DNA of 64,000 bases from Calditrichota bacterium (GTDB lineage Bacteria; Calditrichota; Calditrichia; Calditrichales; J004). How positions within the stretch are numbered: position 1 is the first letter of the stretch; the number at the start of each line of letters is the position of its first letter. A program made the position numbers and the translations under genes. Shown here piece after piece: positions 60,218 through 64,000 of this stretch. The notes under the pieces are model-generated. The model saw only the letters and a program-made list of their open reading frames with translations, did not search any database and had not been told where the DNA came from. The DNA is taken from the NCBI GenBank assembly GCA_024277115.1, contig JAJRVW010000222.1:27738-91737 (forward strand), read 5' to 3'.

Positions 60218-62571
60218 CTATTTTATCAACAAAACCTTTTGGCTTTGGCTGTATTGCCCGGATTTTACCTGAACAAAATAGAGGCCGGAACTGATGTATT
60301 TTCCCAAAGATGAATGACCGTCCCATTTAACAAAATGCCAACCGGCCTGTTGACGGGCAAAGTTTTGTACCCATGTTTCACGGCCCATCATGTCAAAAAT
60401 AGTGAGCGTTACATTCTGGGTTTTGGGCAAACTATATTTTATGACCAACTCCCCGTTAAACGGATTGGGGTAGGAGTTGACTTTGAACGAAGCCGGTAGG
60501 TTGCCCCCGTCTTCAATAGCAGTCGGGGCGTTGCTTTCAGCAGGCGTCGGGCTTAAAAACCCCCAATTTGTACTACCATCGGGTTTACGCCCAAAAGAAA
60601 CATCCGCCGTTTGTGCGCCAAAGGTGAGCGAATCAACAATCGAAATACCATCGGGGGCGGTTAAGGCCAAAAATTCACCGGACGCGCTCAGTTTAAAATT
60701 TGTATGCAAAGGCCCTTGCGCCTGGTCTTCGTCACACCAGATAAGTAAAAAGCCCTTGGCTGCAAGCAAGGACGAATCCTGAGGGAAAGTCCATTTTTGT
60801 AAATTATCATTTTTATCGCTCAGATAATAGCCGGCCAGGTCAACCGCTTCATCGGATGCATTATATAGCTCGACCCAATCGTCAAACTCGCCCGCCTCGT
60901 CCGCCTGGCTTGCATTGTTTTTTGCCAGAAATTCATTGATAAATATCTGCCCTTTCCCGCTTCCGGGCACAGCGATTTTTATTTTTTCCAAACGGGGATA
61001 TGTTTGCGGCTTGCCGGCACTGTCTTCGGCAAAAATAATAAACGCCATCGAGCCATCCACGCCCAAAGGTGGCAAAGTAATTTCCCAACGATCGGCATCT
61101 TCCACACGTTTACTGCCCAAAACAGGCCGGAATAAAAAGGGGGATTTATGGACTTGCGCCTGTCCGTTTAAAAGATATTGCAGCTCCACTTTTTTTAACC
61201 CCGCCCCGGCAAACAATGCAGCCGTGATTTTTATGCTGTCCCCAACTGCCGGACGCTTGGGGAAATAGTGCACATTATAAATATTGGGGCTGGTGTTTTT
61301 ATAATCCAGTTGCCCGATAATGGACTGGTTGCGCTGAATGACAAATTCCCGAATACCTTTTTTTACATGGCCCGGGTTGGAATAATTTTCGGAGAATGAA
61401 CCACGAAAATCATCATCGGTGAAACCATAATCTTTGGTGCGGAAGGTATCGGCCAGGGCGGCGTCAAGGATCATATTATACAAACTGTCCAGGCGGTTTT
61501 CCCAAAGGGGCAGCGCATAAACATTTTGGTTGTAAAAGGAAATAAAATGGCTGTATAAATCCCTAAATTGGTCATTGGCAAGCACACGCTCGGTGAGAGG
61601 CCGGTAATTCTCATAAATTTTAGGCCAGGCATAAATATCGGCTGTGGCCCAGTCAACATTAAACCAATCAATGCCCATAATATTGTCATAATCGTAAGGG
61701 ATCAGGTAAAACCGGTCCTGCTCAGGCTGATGGTACAAATAATAATTATTAACGTTGGACCAGTAATCGTCCCAACTGCCCAGCAAAACATTCATGGCCA
61801 TATATTTTAACAGGGCCGGCACGTCCAAATCTTTTTCCAACGCATCGGCAAAGGCGCCATCGGAGGTTTTGTTGATCGTGTAGATCAGGTCGGCCAACTG
61901 GCCATAATCATCCTCGGTTTTATTCCGCTTAAGCTCGTAAACCCGCCGGTCGCCTTGTATATGTTTATAATCGTCCGGGTTATCACCTCGATAGTTGAGG
62001 TCCGCGGGCCACAAACATTTCCAGAGATTGCGGGATTCATCCACAAAATTTTTCTTTAAAAACTCTTTGTCATAATGCTCCACGGAAATATACAGGCCGT
62101 AATACACCACATTTATGTAGATTTTTGCATGGGCCGCGCGCGATGTTTTCATACCGATCTGCCCAAAGAAATCCCAGGCCAGTTTAGAGCGGATAATAGA
62201 GGGATCGTTATGTTCGCCATTAAGGTTGAGTTTATCAACACCATAAAATTCACGGCCATCGATAAAATATTCAAAATCCAGTTTAAACGATTTTTTTGTG
62301 CTGCGCGGGAGGTATTGCCACGCAGGCGAAAACCAACCGAGTCGATTATCTCATCGATAAAGGCATTTTTAAAATGAACGGTGGCAAAATGGAGCGAGTC
62401 ACTTTGCTGGTTTTCTTCGCGGTATAAAAAGTCCAGCACTTCGGGCGCCGTGGTGATATGTATCTCGGCAAGCTGGGAATCATCATACAGCTTCCAACTA
62501 TTATCCTGGGTAAATGATAAGCCTGACGAGGCTAAAATTAGTATGAATACCTGAAAATATTTCAATCCCAT
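60218..62571 (-). pseudogene. CotH-family protein with lamin-tail (LTD) and T9SS C-terminal sorting domains, split by a frameshift at an A7 run
   Basis: ORFs 62149..62571 and 60218..62152 overlap. After GFRLRGNTSRAAQ the alternative frame reads KKSFKLDFEYFIDGREFYGVDKLNLNGEHNDPSIIRSKLAWDFFGQIGMKTSRAAHAKIYIN, which is continuous CotH sequence. One extra A (plus-strand T-run 62291..62297) restores the frame. LTD (IFINEFLA...DDWVELYN) and T9SS tail (SYPNPFNGELVIKYSLPK...KVLLIK) are present. Confidence 0.7.
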
Positions 62572-62742
62572 TCCTTTAATTTATAGGTGAGTTCCACACC
62601 GACCTTAAACAAAAAAATCGAAACGGCGCTTCATCTTTCTCATTCTTTATTGGTGTAAATATTTTTAAAAGACAGAGAATCAGATGTATAAGTTTGTTTA
62701 TTATCGTTTTCTGTTTTTTGTAAACTATTGGTTCCTGGCAAA

Positions 62743-62769
62743 GATGCTATCGCTCAAGGCGATGGCATC
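62743..62769 (-). terminator. Hairpin downstream of the DUF4139 gene (possible terminator, weak U-tract)
   Basis: gatgctatcgc-tcaag-gcgatggcatc, an 11-bp stem with one G-U pair. Confidence 0.35.
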
Positions 62770-62792
62770 CTTATTAAAGCTTAAAGATCGTT

Positions 62793-64000
62793 TTACTCCA
62801 AGCCATAAATACGGAGATTGGCAGGAAAATCAATTTTAAATTTTAAGGGAAGTGACTTTTGTTCTCCGGGCTTAACCTTAACCTTCCAAACCAATTTCGG
62901 GTTCTCCCCTTTTTTCTTGTTTTCCCTCTTTGGCGCAATCACTTCGATATTAATTTTTTCGTTCATCGCCAGTGGTAACTGATCGATGATTGTAATTTCT
63001 TCTTCGCTCCTGCGATTATTGGTAATAATTATTTCATAATCGTAGGTAATCTGCCTGTCTCCACCTAAAAGGCCTTTAGTTTCAGAAAATTTATTTTTCA
63101 GCTTTTTCTCAATTTTTATGCCATCATCAATTCCCAGGGCAAGCTCCATTGTATCGCTTGGTACGATTGTATTTATTAAGGTGCGGTTGACAAAATCGTT
63201 TTCCATAAAAACATTTATCTCCCCGGCTAATAAAGGGAATTCATTCTGATTGATTACTTTACCCTTTAAATAAACTTTTTCGACCACTTTTGGAACAGCC
63301 GTGTACTCAAAAGAGATGGGTTGCCGCCTTACATCGATTGTAATTTTATGTGATGTATTATCGCTGGGAATCGTGTTTTTTGTTTTTAGTTCAAATGTTG
63401 TGGAGAGGTCTTTGGCCTTCACATTACTGTATAATGATTTTTTCGTTGAGTTTAATGATAAGCCATCAACATAATATGCGGTACTATTTGCAACACTTTT
63501 TCTAAGAAACGGCCTCTGCGCCGTTACAATAATTTCATCCGATTCCATCGCGGATTCCTCCATTTGGACCAGCATATTGGCCGTGTGTTTGTTGTACACC
63601 TCCATTTTTATTTGTGTATCCTGATAACCGATATAAGTTACTTTTACCGTATAATTTTTTGCAGGAACATTGGCAATGTAAAATCGACCATCCCGATCGG
63701 TAGAAATACCCAAAAGCGAACCGGTTAAAACAATATTAACGCCGACAAGTGGTTCACCGGTAGCTGCATCGCTTACATATCCGGCGATTGCCCCCTTCCC
63801 ATCCGGCAAGCCCCAGTTTTGATCATAATCAACCTGAATATTTGAATTACTGATACTTCGGATATTTTTCTTTTTATTTTTTTGGGGAAGCGGCCGCACA
63901 TCCAAAAACCAGTCTTCCAGTTTTGGCAATGATTTAACCGAAACAGGGTCGACCGTTGAAAAGGTAAGCTTTACATCGTTCCAATCTTCCCCTGTTGTTT
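62793..64000 (-). CDS. DUF4140/DUF4139 (MuiA-like) protein with inserted CarboxypepD_reg-like domain; 5' end outside window
   Basis: The frame is open to the window end (…TGEDWNDVKLTFSTVDPVSVKSLPKLEDW…). Inserted domain GAIAGYVSDAATGEPLVGVNIVLTGSLLGISTDRDGRFYIANVPAKNYTV. The C-terminal part (FEYTAVPKVVEKVYLK..., ITYDYEIIITNNRRSEEEITIIDQLP) is DUF4139-like. Confidence 0.7.
   Translation of the reverse strand, partial: TTGEDWNDVKLTFSTVDPVSVKSLPKLEDWFLDVRPLPQKNKKKNIRSISNSNIQVDYDQNWGLPDGKGAIAGYVSDAATGEPLVGVNIVLTGSLLGISTDRDGRFYIANVPAKNYTVKVTYIGYQDTQIKMEVYNKHTANMLVQMEESAMESDEIIVTAQRPFLRKSVANSTAYYVDGLSLNSTKKSLYSNVKAKDLSTTFELKTKNTIPSDNTSHKITIDVRRQPISFEYTAVPKVVEKVYLKGKVINQNEFPLLAGEINVFMENDFVNRTLINTIVPSDTMELALGIDDGIKIEKKLKNKFSETKGLLGGDRQITYDYEIIITNNRRSEEEITIIDQLPLAMNEKINIEVIAPKRENKKKGENPKLVWKVKVKPGEQKSLPLKFKIDFPANLRIYGLE

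Overview
This is a 64-kb chromosomal window from a moderately AT-rich Gram-negative bacterium. It fits best with the FCB group (Bacteroidota/Ignavibacteriota/Calditrichota-like). The evidence is a T9SS-type C-terminal sorting domain, CarboxypepD_reg/DUF5686 outer-membrane proteins, GatB/GatA together with GlnRS, and strong TAA stop-codon bias. Most of the window is housekeeping, largely on the minus strand: alaS, cysS, ddl, glnS, gltX, dedA, queA, ruvB-ruvA-ruvC-yebC, gatB/gatA, tatA, pssA-psd, purB, an HtrA-like protease, tal, truA, and a System I cytochrome c maturation operon ccmABCDEF. The CcmE in that operon carries the Cys-type CxxxY heme site. Accessory content comprises a multi-receiver two-component cluster at the left edge, a cupredoxin/cyclase/porin/ferritin-like cluster, a PDZ-GAF histidine kinase with an OmpR-type regulator, two tandem Rrf2 regulators, and a CotH-LTD-T9SS surface protein. 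Five observations stand out. (1) About 3.6 tandem copies of a ~200-bp hairpin-rich non-coding unit, bracketed by a perfect 15-bp inverted repeat, lie between cysS and the kinase operon. (2) Three otherwise intact conserved genes (gatA, ruvA, a CheY-like receiver) each carry one in-frame stop codon at a position where an amino acid is expected. (3) Three cell-envelope genes are broken by single-nucleotide frameshifts, two at clear homopolymer runs (A7, T6) and one most simply explained by an A3 run. (4) A DUF559 endonuclease gene flanked by 33-bp inverted repeats is inserted between gatA and gatB. (5) There are several MITE/REP-like palindromic elements. I saw no rRNA, tRNA, CRISPR array, transposase or integrase. 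All domain calls come from motif recognition by eye; no database search, folding or composition calculation was run.
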